From an uncultured Verrucomicrobiae bacterium (GTDB lineage: Bacteria; Verrucomicrobiota; Verrucomicrobiia; Limisphaerales; Palsa-1400): DNA of 64,000 bases. How positions within the stretch are numbered: the stretch's first letter is position 1; every line of letters begins with the position of its first letter. Shown in pieces: positions 20,856 through 31,404 of this stretch. The stretch spans positions 1,216,001 through 1,280,000 of the forward strand of contig CAVXRD010000001.1 in the NCBI GenBank assembly GCA_963764165.1, in the 5' to 3' direction. The translations under genes and the position numbers were made by a program. The notes beneath the pieces are model-generated. The model searched no databases, was not told where the DNA came from, and saw only the letters and a program-made list of their open reading frames with translations.

Positions 20856-21437
20856 ATGAATTCTTCCAAAACGGAACGCAAACCGAAGGCGCATTCACGT
20901 CCGCATCCGCAGACGGAAATCGCCGCCCAGCCGTCGGCATCTTCACCCCGGACTGGCGCAGAAACACCAGGCGCCGCCGCGCTCATAGAGTCGCTGGATT
21001 CGCTGGCGCGCAAGCTCGATAGCTTCTCGGCCGCGTTGGCGGAACTTATGACTGTTCCCGTGAATGCGACAACCGGCAATACAACGGCCGCCGCGAATTC
21101 TCTTTCCGGCCCCAGTGCTATTCCCGGTTCCGCTGCGCCAGCCGGACAATCGTCTTTGCCGGATAGTTCATCACTCCGGGGCGCGCCCGATCCGGCTAGC
21201 TTGCAAAGCAGCGCCGCCAAAGTGTCGAGCCTTGTTGACAAAGCATCGCAAAGCCGCGGCGCATGGGCACAGCAGGCAGGCGCCATTCAAAGTTCTCTGG
21301 AAGCAATCATGGCGTTCCTGGAAAGCGAAGCAGCCATGGAAGAACCAAAGATGGATCTTTCAGACATCATGAGCCGCCTTGGCAATTTGGAGGAACAGCA
21401 GCGCAACCTGCAAATGCAAGTCAACGCCGGCCGTTAA
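20856..21437 (+). CDS. Ala/Ser-rich helical hypothetical protein
   Basis: 193 aa ORF co-oriented with the DUF3486-like gene; amphipathic helices and C-terminal coiled coil. Confidence 0.7.
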   Translation: MNSSKTERKPKAHSRPHPQTEIAAQPSASSPRTGAETPGAAALIESLDSLARKLDSFSAALAELMTVPVNATTGNTTAAANSLSGPSAIPGSAAPAGQSSLPDSSSLRGAPDPASLQSSAAKVSSLVDKASQSRGAWAQQAGAIQSSLEAIMAFLESEAAMEEPKMDLSDIMSRLGNLEEQQRNLQMQVNAGR

Positions 21438-21440
21438 ATG

Positions 21441-22532
21441 TCAAATAGAACCTACCAATCGATTCATGGCATCGGATTGCTGCCCGATGGATTCCACCAA
21501 TTTGAATTGGGTGCGGCAGCGATCAAGATTATGACCTTCGCGATGCACTTTGAAATAGGTGTCGCCGGAAAGAAAATCGGTCAGGAATCGCAGGCCGATC
21601 TCGAAGGTGATGACCTTCCCCGCCACCGGCAGCAGCGCCTTTTCCGCGGACGTCAGGAACCCGGCGGCGGTGGAGAGATAACCGCGAGCCAGGGCCTCGA
21701 ACATCGGAAACTGCATGCCCACCTTGGACAAATCGCGCTCGTCTTCCTTGGTGGGGCTGGTCGTGGTGCGGACCATGTCGCCAAAATCATAAAGCGCCAG
21801 GCCCGGCATGACAGTGTCGAGATCGATGACGCAAATCCCCTCGCCGGACGCGTTGTCAAGCATGACGTTGTTGAGCTTGGTGTCGTTGTGGGTCACGCGC
21901 TCGGGCAATTGGGCGTCAAGCAAAAGGCTGGCCATCGACTTGTTGGCAAGGGCGAATTCTATCTCGCTCTTGGCAAGGGAGGCCCGGTTAACTGCGTCGG
22001 ATTCCACCGCCTTCTCAAAGGCGGCAAAGCGTTTTGGAGTGTGATGGAAATCCGGGATGGTATCGTGCAGGCGCGGCGCAGGAAGATCCGCCAGGTGTTT
22101 CTGGAACGCGCCAAAAGAACTCGCGGCTTGGAATGCCTGGCCCGGGTTTTCCACCGCGTCAAACGTTTGCGCCCGCTCGATAAACAAATAAACACGCCAA
22201 AAATTCCCGTCCGCATCGTGGTAAAACGAAATTCCGCCGCGGGCGGGAACCAGCGTCAGCGCGCGGCGATCGGCATCCGCCATCCCCGCGCATTTTTTCC
22301 CGATGTGCGAGGTGACGCGCTGGATGTTTTCCATCAGTGCCGCCGGATTCTTGAAAATCAGATGGTTGATGCGCTGAAGGATGTAGCGGGCGCGCGAGCC
22401 GCCTTGCTCGAATATGGCGCAATAGGTGTCATTGATATGGCCGCTGCCGTAAGGCATGGCGGAAATGAACTGGCCCGGCAGCTCAAACTGCGCGGCGACG
22501 GCACGAACATCGTGTTTGGGATTAGAAAGCAC
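21441..22532 (-). CDS. APH-family phosphotransferase (N-acetylhexosamine 1-kinase-like)
   Basis: GSGHINDTY, YILQRINH, RVTHNDTKLNN, VIDLDTVMPG, DFGDMVRT. Confidence 0.9.
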   Translation of the reverse strand: MLSNPKHDVRAVAAQFELPGQFISAMPYGSGHINDTYCAIFEQGGSRARYILQRINHLIFKNPAALMENIQRVTSHIGKKCAGMADADRRALTLVPARGGISFYHDADGNFWRVYLFIERAQTFDAVENPGQAFQAASSFGAFQKHLADLPAPRLHDTIPDFHHTPKRFAAFEKAVESDAVNRASLAKSEIEFALANKSMASLLLDAQLPERVTHNDTKLNNVMLDNASGEGICVIDLDTVMPGLALYDFGDMVRTTTSPTKEDERDLSKVGMQFPMFEALARGYLSTAAGFLTSAEKALLPVAGKVITFEIGLRFLTDFLSGDTYFKVHREGHNLDRCRTQFKLVESIGQQSDAMNRLVGSI

Positions 22533-22796
22533 GAGGTCTTTTGTAACAACAGCGTCACACGGCGTCCAGCGATTCGCGGGGGAAAGAAAATTGAATCTGG
22601 AACTCAGGAACGCAGGAAAAGAGGCTTAAATCCGCAACTTCGCTCCTTTATCGTTTGCAAGACCTTCCAGCTAACGCGGCTCCGCCGAGCCAATGCGCCA
22701 ACAATATCTTCGCATCCATTTGCAAGCGAAACTGAAATGAAATCCCGTCCAGATTCCTCCGTTCCTGATTTCGTGAGTTCCAGATTATTTAATTCC

Positions 22797-24569
22797 TCAT
22801 TCCAGGTCGAAGCCGATGGAGCGCATCAAGGCCAGCGCGTTGCTCTTCTCCACCACGCCGGGGCGCAATTTGTAGTCAAACAAAAGCTTCCCATCGGCGA
22901 ACTGGTCTTCAAAATGGAAATTCGCGCCGGGAGGGTTGACTTCCGACGCGACTTCCGTCAGCGCCAGGTCGTGCGTGGTCATCATGCCAATCGCGCCATG
23001 CCGCACCAGCATCTTGGCGATGTGGGCCGCGCCGATGCGGCGGTCGTGCGAATTGGTGCCCGACAATACTTCGTCAATAAGAAACAAAACCGGCGCCCTC
23101 TTCTCCGTCAAGTCCGCGATTTGCCGCAGGCGCTTGATCTCGGCGTAGAAGCGCGAAATGCCGTCCTGGAGAGAATCCGCCGTGCGCATCGACGCGCCGA
23201 TCATCATGGGCGTGGCGCGGAATTTTCGCGCCCGCACCGGCGCGCCCGCCATCGCCAGCACGAGGTTCGTTCCAACGGAGCGCATCCATGTGCTCTTGCC
23301 GGACATGTTGGATCCGCTGATGACGATGAACGGATGGGCCGCGCTCAGATGCGCGTCGTTCCGCACCGAGCGCCCCTCCGGCAGCAGCGGATGCCCAAGG
23401 CCTTCCGCCTCGATTTCGGGCGATCTTGTGTCAATACTTATTTCTGGCATGACGTCGCTGGGATGCTCGAAGGTGTAGGCGCCCAGCGCGAAAATCGTCT
23501 CCATTTCGCCCAGCGAATCGAGCCAGCCGGCGACATGTTTTCCGTGCTGCACCCGCCATTTCTCGACCATGAATCCCAACTGCGTTTTGAGAAGAACCAA
23601 TGGGCCCAGGACAGCGAGCACCTTGTTCTCGTCCGAGTTCATCCAATCGACCGTCTTCGCCACCCGCCGCAAGGCAAGCGAGGCCGCGCCTCCGCCAATC
23701 TTCCACGCCAATTGGAGTTGCCGGAGCCGGGCGGATTCAAATTTCTCCCCTTCCAAACATTCGATCAAATTGGCCAGCGAGAACAATTCCTTCGAGGTGG
23801 TTTTCATCTCGTCGACCACGCGCGTCGTCCTCTTTTTGAACATGCCGGACAGGACGATTTGCGCCAGCAGCGCGAATCCATAGAGGCGGTATTGCCCCAT
23901 GGCCAGCAGCGACCAGGTGATGATCGGCAGGAAAAGCATCGCAAAGCGAGTGGCAGGACTTGCGGGCGCGGCTGGCGCATTGGCCCAAGCCAGCAGCGCC
24001 GCGGTGCGAATCTGCGCCGTCTGCAAAATAATGCTGGCCGCGAGCTTTTCTTGCAGGCCGACTTTGCCGCTCGACTCTTTGACCGCGCCCTGGCGCAAGG
24101 CGATGTTTTCCGGCGTGGAGGGATTGGCCAGCCACTGCGCGAGGCGCGTCTTGCCGGATTGGGTTTGCGTCGTGTCCAGCAATTCAAAAACGCTGCCTGG
24201 GCCGAAAATATCCAGGTCCGCGGCGTAAGGGTGTTCCCTGTCAAGAAATTCCGTGCCGGGCGAGCCTTTGCCCATCCATTGGCCTCGCAACCGGTCAAGC
24301 CCGCGCCGATAAAAACCGGCCATCTGCCGCGCGGCATCGCGGGCGGCGAGAATGCGATCATGCAGATACGCCGTCGTGAAAATGCCCGCGATCAATCCCG
24401 CGATGAGAAGACCCACCGGCACGAGATTGCGCAGGAAAATCACCAGCCCCAGCAATGCAGCGATGATGAGCAAATTCCAATTCCCGGCGCGGAGATGCCG
24501 CTCGTCGTGGCGTTCCGCCTCGAGCGTCCATCGCGCCATGCGCGCTTCATATTCTTGCAGTGGATCCAT
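22797..24569 (-). CDS. Membrane-anchored MutS domain V family ATPase
   Basis: ISGSNMSGKSTWMRS, SRFYAEIKRL, LIDEVLSGTNS, TTHDL; N-terminal TM helices. Confidence 0.9.
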   Translation of the reverse strand: MDPLQEYEARMARWTLEAERHDERHLRAGNWNLLIIAALLGLVIFLRNLVPVGLLIAGLIAGIFTTAYLHDRILAARDAARQMAGFYRRGLDRLRGQWMGKGSPGTEFLDREHPYAADLDIFGPGSVFELLDTTQTQSGKTRLAQWLANPSTPENIALRQGAVKESSGKVGLQEKLAASIILQTAQIRTAALLAWANAPAAPASPATRFAMLFLPIITWSLLAMGQYRLYGFALLAQIVLSGMFKKRTTRVVDEMKTTSKELFSLANLIECLEGEKFESARLRQLQLAWKIGGGAASLALRRVAKTVDWMNSDENKVLAVLGPLVLLKTQLGFMVEKWRVQHGKHVAGWLDSLGEMETIFALGAYTFEHPSDVMPEISIDTRSPEIEAEGLGHPLLPEGRSVRNDAHLSAAHPFIVISGSNMSGKSTWMRSVGTNLVLAMAGAPVRARKFRATPMMIGASMRTADSLQDGISRFYAEIKRLRQIADLTEKRAPVLFLIDEVLSGTNSHDRRIGAAHIAKMLVRHGAIGMMTTHDLALTEVASEVNPPGANFHFEDQFADGKLLFDYKLRPGVVEKSNALALMRSIGFDLE

Positions 24570-24687
24570 GAGACCTCCGCACGCTGCCCGATTTCAGGAA
24601 ATTCGTCATGCAAGATCGGCAGTTTTCTGGCGGAGTGATGAATGCGAGCGAGCTTGTGGTCGCGAAGCAAGGTAGGGACGCCTCGCC

Positions 24688-26370
24688 GAGACTGTCTTAA
24701 AACGTTTTAGTCTGGCCGATCTGGTTATATGGGCACCAATAGGGGCTGTGGAAACGGGTGTCAACTTTTAGTTGTCAGAGCGTGGCTGGCGTCAGCGATG
24801 ACGCCAAGCTTCCCTTTCCCTCCTTTTTTAGGCCGCCATCGCCAAATTTCCTTCAACCGCGGCGGTTTTGACTTCCATTTTCGGCGTCTGGACCCGGGCC
24901 TGCCACTTTTTATAGAGGATTCGCAGGTTCAAGGTGGCGCATAACAAGGCCCATTGGGCTTGCACGGCTTCCAGACCCCAAACTGTCCAACGCCGAAAGC
25001 CGTCGTGTTGCTTGAGCTGCCCAAACCGGCGTTCGATGATCTCTTTGCGCTTTCCATAAAGCGCGGCGGGTCCTGGCTCTTGCAGCCGGGCCCGCATGGC
25101 TTGCACCAGCGTGGTGTGCGGCCACACTTCGACTTGCCGCCCTTTGGGATCGCGGCTGCAGAGGGCGCGCACGGGACAGTCTCGGTGATGGCAGCGGAAG
25201 CGCTCAACGGTCTGGCCTTTCTTGGTGGTCTGGCCTTCGTGGTCCAGAAGGCGCTCTTGCGGGCAGGTGACGGTGTGGGCCGCCTCGTCATAATGAAAAT
25301 GCTGCGTCGCGTAGGCGTTGTCGTGGGCTGGCTTGCCCTCCGCCGGCGGGGCCAGCACATTCATCTGCTGTTCCACGGCCGCTTTCAAGTCGGCCCCGCC
25401 CCCATAGCCGGCGTCGGCGGCGGTGAGGGTTGGAATGGCCGCCGGACCGAGGTTTTGCCTCGCTTCTTCAATCATGGGGACCAGCTGGCCGGCGTCGGTT
25501 TCCTGGCGGGTGGCTTGACAGGCGACCATGATGCCCTCCTGGCTGTCGGCCACCGCCTGGGCGTTGTAGGCAAAGCGGTTGGTGTCGCCGACTTTCATCC
25601 GGCGCGCCTCCGGTTCGGCTGGATGGTAATGGTGGCGCCCGTCGGCCTGCAGCTGGGCCAGGCCTTTTTTGATTTCCTCGCGCAGGGCCTGGCGCTGGGC
25701 CAACCCGGCGGGCAGCCGGCAGCCCGGTGCGCTGGAATCCTGGTTCTCCGCCACGACTTTGAGCTCGATTTCCTCCAAGGCGCCATCCAGCTGGGCCAGG
25801 AGCTTCTCCATGTAAACCTTGCTCCAGCCCTGCGGCCCGCTGCAGGCGGCTTGAATCTTGGTGCCGTCCAACGCTTGCAAGGCAAATCCCACCGCCCCGG
25901 TGCGGAGGGCCAGCTGCACGGTTTGCTTGAAAACCTGGCGCAGGGCCTTTTTGTTTCCGTCCCAGAACCGCCAGAGGCTGTTGTGGTCGGGGGCGTTGAG
26001 CCCCGTCAGCCACAGCAGCGAGACATGCTCCGTGCAGGCGGTTTCCAGCTTGCGGGTGGAGCGAATGCGGTGGAAATAACCGTAAAGCCAAATCTTGAGC
26101 AGGAGGCTGGGGGCATAGGGCGGACGGCCTTCGGCGGCGGCGGGAATGACAAACCCAAGCTGGGGCAGATCCAACTGGTCGACAAATTCGCGCAGGAAGC
26201 GGGCGGGATGGTCGGCGGACACCCAGTCCTCCAGGGCGGGCGGGAGGAGGAACTGCTGTCCGTAATCAGGGGCAATCGGTTGAGCCATATTTGTTGAACG
26301 GCATTGTCAACTAAAGGCTCACATATTGTCAAATACATTCCTCAAAAAACAGAAGTTTTGAGACAATCTC
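24688..26370 (-). mobile_element. IS1182-family insertion sequence inserted in a REP
   Basis: IRs gagactgtcttaaaac / gttttgagacaatctc; 4-bp TSD cgcc (24684-24687, 26371-26374) splitting gtagggacgcctcgccgaggcgtcc. Confidence 0.9.
24828..26288 (-). CDS. IS1182-family transposase
   Basis: GRPPYAP.LLLKIWLYGY, PDHNSLWRF, ALDGTKIQA, YNAQ, ADAGY, RKEIIERRFGQLK. Confidence 0.95.
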   Translation of the reverse strand: MAQPIAPDYGQQFLLPPALEDWVSADHPARFLREFVDQLDLPQLGFVIPAAAEGRPPYAPSLLLKIWLYGYFHRIRSTRKLETACTEHVSLLWLTGLNAPDHNSLWRFWDGNKKALRQVFKQTVQLALRTGAVGFALQALDGTKIQAACSGPQGWSKVYMEKLLAQLDGALEEIELKVVAENQDSSAPGCRLPAGLAQRQALREEIKKGLAQLQADGRHHYHPAEPEARRMKVGDTNRFAYNAQAVADSQEGIMVACQATRQETDAGQLVPMIEEARQNLGPAAIPTLTAADAGYGGGADLKAAVEQQMNVLAPPAEGKPAHDNAYATQHFHYDEAAHTVTCPQERLLDHEGQTTKKGQTVERFRCHHRDCPVRALCSRDPKGRQVEVWPHTTLVQAMRARLQEPGPAALYGKRKEIIERRFGQLKQHDGFRRWTVWGLEAVQAQWALLCATLNLRILYKKWQARVQTPKMEVKTAAVEGNLAMAA

Positions 26371-26531
26371 CGCCGAGGCGTCCGGGCCGCGGCGTGATTC
26401 GTGCGCAAACCCGTACGCCTCGGCGAGGCGTCCCTACCTTTTCTGAAGTGCCAAAATTGCCCGCTTGAAGTCGCATCGCGGATGGGGCAAATCGTGATAG
26501 TCGATTATTGCCAACCGAATTTTTAATTTTT

Positions 26532-27113
26532 ATGGGCGCCTTTATTGTTAACTTTCAAGTTCGATCTGATTCGCAGCCAGCGGTGCGTTCCGCCATGGAA
26601 AACCTCGCCACTAGCTCCGCCTACGTGTCGCAGCCAAAGAACGGCTGGATCACGGTTTATGACGAAGAGGCGGACTCGCAAGACAATGAGGTCATCTGCG
26701 GAATCGCCGAAGGCCTTTCACGGGCGGTGAACACGGACGTGTTCGGATTCCTGGTTCACGACAGTGACATTGCCGCCTACTGGCTCTTTACCTCTGGCAA
26801 GCTCGCCGATCAATTCAACTCCGCCCCGGATTATTTTGGTGATGTGAGCGACGAGGAGCGCGACGCCACCCGTGGCGACACCGACGCCCTGCTGGCTCTG
26901 TGCGTCCCGGGCACGACGGCCGAGATGGTCGATGCCGTGATCCATCCCGAAGCGGAGTTCCCCGCCATGGCCGACGAAATTCTTTTCTTCCTGGCCGGTC
27001 TTCTGGGAATCGAGGAAAATCGGATTGGCTTGAGCTTTGAGTATTTCGAGGATGACGGCGAGGGCATTCTCGGCGATGTGTCCGAATTTGAACGGGTTGA
27101 GGCGGACGTATAG
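26532..27113 (+). CDS. Acidic hypothetical protein
   Basis: Coding-like ORF with GWITVYDE, VHDSD..AYWLF..G...DQFNSAPDYF. Confidence 0.75.
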   Translation: MGAFIVNFQVRSDSQPAVRSAMENLATSSAYVSQPKNGWITVYDEEADSQDNEVICGIAEGLSRAVNTDVFGFLVHDSDIAAYWLFTSGKLADQFNSAPDYFGDVSDEERDATRGDTDALLALCVPGTTAEMVDAVIHPEAEFPAMADEILFFLAGLLGIEENRIGLSFEYFEDDGEGILGDVSEFERVEADV

Positions 27114-27163
27114 CGATTCCGTTTGCGGTAGACTTCGACCAGTGGCGGGAGCAAATTTGGCGC

Positions 27164-28507
27164 ATGACCAATAGGACTTTTTCGATCTCGAGGCGCTCTT
27201 TTCTGAAGCGGACTTCTCTGGCTGGCGCGGCCGTGACGCTGCCTGCCTGGTTCGCCGAGGAACTGCTGGCTGACACTAAGAAAACTCCCAAATTTTCCGC
27301 CAATGACCGGCCCAATGTGGCTCTTGTCGGATGCGGCGGGATGGGGCGCGGCGACGCCGGCAATGCCAAGCGGTTCGGGACGATTGTCGCGGTGTGCGAT
27401 GTGGATTCCAGCCACGCGGCGGCGGCGGCGGAACAGTTTGCAGAGGGCGGAAAGAAGCCGCTCATTCTCGATGACGTCCGAAAAGTCGCGGAGCGCAAGG
27501 ATGTGGACGTCGTCATCAACGGCACTCCCGATCATTGGCATACGCTTGTCAACCTAACCGTGGCCAAAGCGGGAAAGGACATTTACTGCGAGAAGCCGCT
27601 GACGCTCACCATTGATGAAGGGCATCACGCCATCGCCGCCGTGCGGAAAAACAACATTGTCCTGCAGACCGGCACGCAGCAGCGGAGCAGCGCGCGATTC
27701 CGGCTGGCCTGCGAATTGGTGCGCAACCAGCGCATCGGCCAGTTGAAGCAGATCACCGTCTGGCTGCCGGCCGGATTGCGGCAGGGGCCGTTTGCCTCAG
27801 CGCCCGTGCCGCCGGAATTGAATTGGAATTTCTGGCAGGGCCAGGCGCCGAATGCCGATTATATCAAGGAGCGCTGCCACCAGACGTTCCGCTATTGGTA
27901 TGATTACGCGGGCGGCACAATGACGGATTGGGGCGCGCACCATAATGACATCGCGCGCTGGGCGGTGGGCGAGGACGGCCCCGTTTCGATTGAGAGCAAG
28001 GCGGACTCGCAGCCGATTCCCGGCGGCTACACGGCCATCAGCGATTACGAAGTCACCTTCACCTACGCCAGCGGCGTTCGCCATACGGCCAGGACAACCT
28101 CGGACGACAGCATTTACGGCGGCGTGGTGCGTGAGCAAGGCCAGCGCAACGGGATCCGTTTCGAGGGGACGAACGGCTGGATTTGGGTTAACCGCGAGGA
28201 AATTGAAGCCAGCGATGAAGCGCTGCTCAACACGCCATTGCCCGCCAGCGCGCTGCGCCTCTACAAAAGCGACGATCACATGGGCAACTTTTTTGATTGC
28301 GTGCGCTCGCGAAAACTTCCCGCTGCCGATGTCGAGACGGGGCATCGGTCCGCCTCGGTCTGCCACCTAGGCGCGCTCTCGCTTCGGCTTGGCCGCGCAT
28401 TGGAATGGAACCCGAAGCGCGAAAAATTCACCGGCGAAGGGGCGCACGAGGCGAACAAGATGCTGGCGCGCGAAATGCGAAAGCCTTTCGATTATCACTT
28501 TGGTTGA
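27164..28507 (+). CDS. Tat-exported Gfo/Idh/MocA oxidoreductase
   Basis: SRRSFLK signal, VGCGGMG, TPDHWH, YCEKPL, DWGAHH. Confidence 0.93.
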   Translation: MTNRTFSISRRSFLKRTSLAGAAVTLPAWFAEELLADTKKTPKFSANDRPNVALVGCGGMGRGDAGNAKRFGTIVAVCDVDSSHAAAAAEQFAEGGKKPLILDDVRKVAERKDVDVVINGTPDHWHTLVNLTVAKAGKDIYCEKPLTLTIDEGHHAIAAVRKNNIVLQTGTQQRSSARFRLACELVRNQRIGQLKQITVWLPAGLRQGPFASAPVPPELNWNFWQGQAPNADYIKERCHQTFRYWYDYAGGTMTDWGAHHNDIARWAVGEDGPVSIESKADSQPIPGGYTAISDYEVTFTYASGVRHTARTTSDDSIYGGVVREQGQRNGIRFEGTNGWIWVNREEIEASDEALLNTPLPASALRLYKSDDHMGNFFDCVRSRKLPAADVETGHRSASVCHLGALSLRLGRALEWNPKREKFTGEGAHEANKMLAREMRKPFDYHFG

Positions 28508-28525
28508 GAGCCGCAATCTTTGGCC

Positions 28526-29047
28526 TCAAAAATCGCCGTCCACCAAGAGCGAAATGGCGTTCTGCGCCAAGTCGGCGGCCAGCAGCGGAATGGCCTGGCG
28601 CTCCTCGCTGCTCTGGTCGTTGCCGAGGCGGATGTAAGTGCGTCCGCTCACGTTGCGGTTGAGGTTGGTATGGCCGGTATTGATGTTGACAGCGACAACG
28701 TGGGCGCTCAGCACGAGGGCGTATGCCTGCGGAGTCAGGACGTTGTTGGGTTCGTAGCTCAGGCCGCTCCGGTCCAGTCTTATAATTTCACCCGTCAACA
28801 ATATATCTCCACGCCCGGAGGTCTCAAGCAGGTAAGAGCCATCGCGCTGAATTTCCCGCCGCATGGCGTTGGCCAGATATTCGCTGATGCGAGGATCTTT
28901 CGTCTTATTGACAAACGACCTTACCTCCACCGTGCGGCTGCCGGCGGGCAGCCCGTTGGTCGGCCCGAGCCGATAACCCGCGCAGCCAGCCAGGGCGGCC
29001 GCCAGGATGATGAATGGAAGCGCGCGCATCTGGCTTCGGAAAATCAT
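28526..29047 (-). CDS. lptE: LptE-family lipoprotein
   Basis: Lipobox LAGC followed by GYRLG; downstream of bamD. Confidence 0.75.
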   Translation of the reverse strand: MIFRSQMRALPFIILAAALAGCAGYRLGPTNGLPAGSRTVEVRSFVNKTKDPRISEYLANAMRREIQRDGSYLLETSGRGDILLTGEIIRLDRSGLSYEPNNVLTPQAYALVLSAHVVAVNINTGHTNLNRNVSGRTYIRLGNDQSSEERQAIPLLAADLAQNAISLLVDGDF

Positions 29048-30084
29048 TTCGGAGCGGCGGGAGCAGGAGCCGGCTCCGGCGCATCTGTCAGCGCGTGGTT
29101 GCGCTTTTTCAGCAATTCGATGCGCTGCAGCGCCTCAGCGGCCAGGGGTGAACTGGGGCTCTTGCTCCTCACTTCGTTGTAATAAACCAAGGCGCCGGTC
29201 CATTGCTTCCGCTTTTCATAATATTCCGCCACCTTGAAATTTCCCGCCGCTTCCACGCTTTTGAGCTGCTCTATGATTCGCTGGGCCTCCGCCACGCGTG
29301 GGTCATTCGGAAACAGGGTCATGAAATCGGTGAACCCCGAAATTGCCTGCCCCGCCACGCTCTGGTCGTATTCGGCCCTGCGCGACTGCTTGTTATAGGC
29401 CATGGCGGCGTCATAGAGGGCGTTGGCGGCAACGTCCGGCTGGTCGCTGTAACGATCAGCGGCCAATTCATAAGCCCTCACTGCCAACGGATAATCTTTT
29501 TGCTTCTCGCGCGCCGCGCCGATGTACATTTGCGATTGCCAGCCGAGCGGCCCGTAAGGCCCGTAATTCACGATCTTCCCAAACATGGTCGCGGCCACCT
29601 CCATGGAGGAGAAAAATGGAATGTGGCCCCAAATCTTCCGCCATTCACCGTGGAGAAAGCGCAACGCGATCACGAATTGCCGATGCTGGACGTCTGGCGT
29701 GTCCGTGGATTTTGGATATTTTTCCAGCATCGTTTGATAGGCGTCAAAAGCGTATTCATCCTGTTTGCGCCCCTCGTAGCTGCGGGCGATGATATATTGG
29801 GCCTTGGGCGCATAGTCTGACAACGGCCAGATTTGAACGACGCGCTTGGCGGCTTTGAGCGACAGGCGGTACTTCTTGGCTGCGAAGGCGCCTTCGGCCA
29901 CCTCGAGTTGATCCTTGGCCCGGAGTTTGCGCCAATCGCTTTTCTTTCCAGGCACTTCGTAGGACCAGCCTTCGCCGGGCCGATAGATGAGCGGCGCGGG
30001 CGAGCGGAACGGCAGCGCCAGCAGAAGCAGCAGCAGCAAAATCAGCCGCCCGCCAAATCGGTTCATCTTTAACTTCATCGTCAT
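29044..30084 (-). CDS. bamD: Outer membrane protein assembly factor BamD (TPR)
   Basis: TPR helices; YDQSVAGQAI..F.DF...FPND...NFKVAEYYEK. Confidence 0.85.
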   Translation of the reverse strand: MTMKLKMNRFGGRLILLLLLLLALPFRSPAPLIYRPGEGWSYEVPGKKSDWRKLRAKDQLEVAEGAFAAKKYRLSLKAAKRVVQIWPLSDYAPKAQYIIARSYEGRKQDEYAFDAYQTMLEKYPKSTDTPDVQHRQFVIALRFLHGEWRKIWGHIPFFSSMEVAATMFGKIVNYGPYGPLGWQSQMYIGAAREKQKDYPLAVRAYELAADRYSDQPDVAANALYDAAMAYNKQSRRAEYDQSVAGQAISGFTDFMTLFPNDPRVAEAQRIIEQLKSVEAAGNFKVAEYYEKRKQWTGALVYYNEVRSKSPSSPLAAEALQRIELLKKRNHALTDAPEPAPAPAAPK

Positions 30085-30160
30085 TGCCGGTCACGATATG
30101 ACAGACGGAATGCTCAACGCAAGCGCGCTTCGCGTGACGCGCATAGCGCCTCCGCCGCAG

Positions 30161-31225
30161 TCACTTCTTCTGCATCTGCCCGACTTGCGCTTCGATCATT
30201 GAGCGCATGAAGGCCGCCTCGGATGGGCTGATGCCGCTTTTTTTTAAATTGACAGAGAAGGCGGGCAGCCACCTTTCTTCAACGGGTCGATAGTGCAATT
30301 CGTTGACAAGCCGGTTCTCCAAATTATCCATGTGGCCAGCGCCGTAAAAGACCGCGATGGACGCGCGCGGCGGAAGTTTCTGTCGCTCCACTTTCAAGTC
30401 ATTGAGAAGATTCTCGTTGCGCGCCTGGATCAAGACTTGGATCAGCTTCTTCCATTCCGGGGGAAGTCCCTGGACATCCGACATGTCGCCTTTCAACCGG
30501 CCGATGGCCTCGATCAAAGTCAATTTCGCGACGGCCTGCAATTGCGGACTGCTGGCCATGAGTTGCATTCCGAGCTTGAATAGCGAACCCAGAAACGAAG
30601 TGCCGTCCATGATTTGCAGCAAGGAATCGAAGGACGAACTTGCGCCGCCGCCCTTGCCAGCGCCGGGAGCCTCCGCCGGTTCGCCCTCGCTCATGATTTT
30701 TTGGATTTGGGCGACCGATAAATCGCTGTTGAGAAAATTGGTGCGGTCGTAATCGATCGCTTCCAATTGAAAAACCAAACCCAGCGATTGGGCGAGAGTC
30801 GACTGCATCGAATATCCGGCCTTCCCACCGTCCTTGGCGGGCGGTGGTTTCACTGGAGGCCCCGAGGGCGCGGCGGCATCGCCCACATGGCGGGGATGGC
30901 TTCCGGTATTGATGCCTTCAAAAAGAACAACTGTCTGGCTGTCAAGAAAAGTCTGGAGCCTTTGATAATACTCCGGCTCGCCAATATGCATGACGCCCGC
31001 GAGCCAAACCGCGGGTCCGCGCTCGGGCGGCGTGAATTTCCGCAGGGCGATTTGCAATTGGACCGTGTTGGAATCTGGATTGGCGATTCGCGTGTAAGGC
31101 TGCGCTGCTATGGGCGTCACCGGAAGCTTTGCGCAACCGCCGGCGATCAGCGCGGCCAACGCAGTCAAGAAGACAAAAGAAAATTTCCGCACGCTCCATC
31201 TTAGCCATTCGCGTGTCGGGGTCAA
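30161..31225 (-). CDS. Hypothetical lipoprotein (TraB/GumN-like)
   Basis: Lipobox AGGC; GVMHIGEPEYY, VLFEG, ARNE, AVFYGAGHM. Confidence 0.7.
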   Translation of the reverse strand: MTPTREWLRWSVRKFSFVFLTALAALIAGGCAKLPVTPIAAQPYTRIANPDSNTVQLQIALRKFTPPERGPAVWLAGVMHIGEPEYYQRLQTFLDSQTVVLFEGINTGSHPRHVGDAAAPSGPPVKPPPAKDGGKAGYSMQSTLAQSLGLVFQLEAIDYDRTNFLNSDLSVAQIQKIMSEGEPAEAPGAGKGGGASSSFDSLLQIMDGTSFLGSLFKLGMQLMASSPQLQAVAKLTLIEAIGRLKGDMSDVQGLPPEWKKLIQVLIQARNENLLNDLKVERQKLPPRASIAVFYGAGHMDNLENRLVNELHYRPVEERWLPAFSVNLKKSGISPSEAAFMRSMIEAQVGQMQKK

Positions 31226-31404
31226 ACCAGCGCTTTCGTGAGGCGAGCCGTCCCATTGGCTTTAACATAGGCGGCGACAACGAAAATTTGCCAGAAGTTT
31301 TAACAGAAGCTAAGGAAGGAAACGAAGGTGGAATAAATGGTCCGTCCGATGCGTTTCGTCTTCCTTCGTTGCCTTTGTTTCCTTCTGTTGGCTCTTTTGG
31401 CTTT

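Noticed and set aside
21438..24638. 1066-aa plus-strand ORF
   Set aside because: Antisense shadow of the phosphotransferase and MutS-like genes; no recognisable motifs.
24954..26297. 447-aa plus-strand ORF
   Set aside because: Antisense to the IS1182 transposase.
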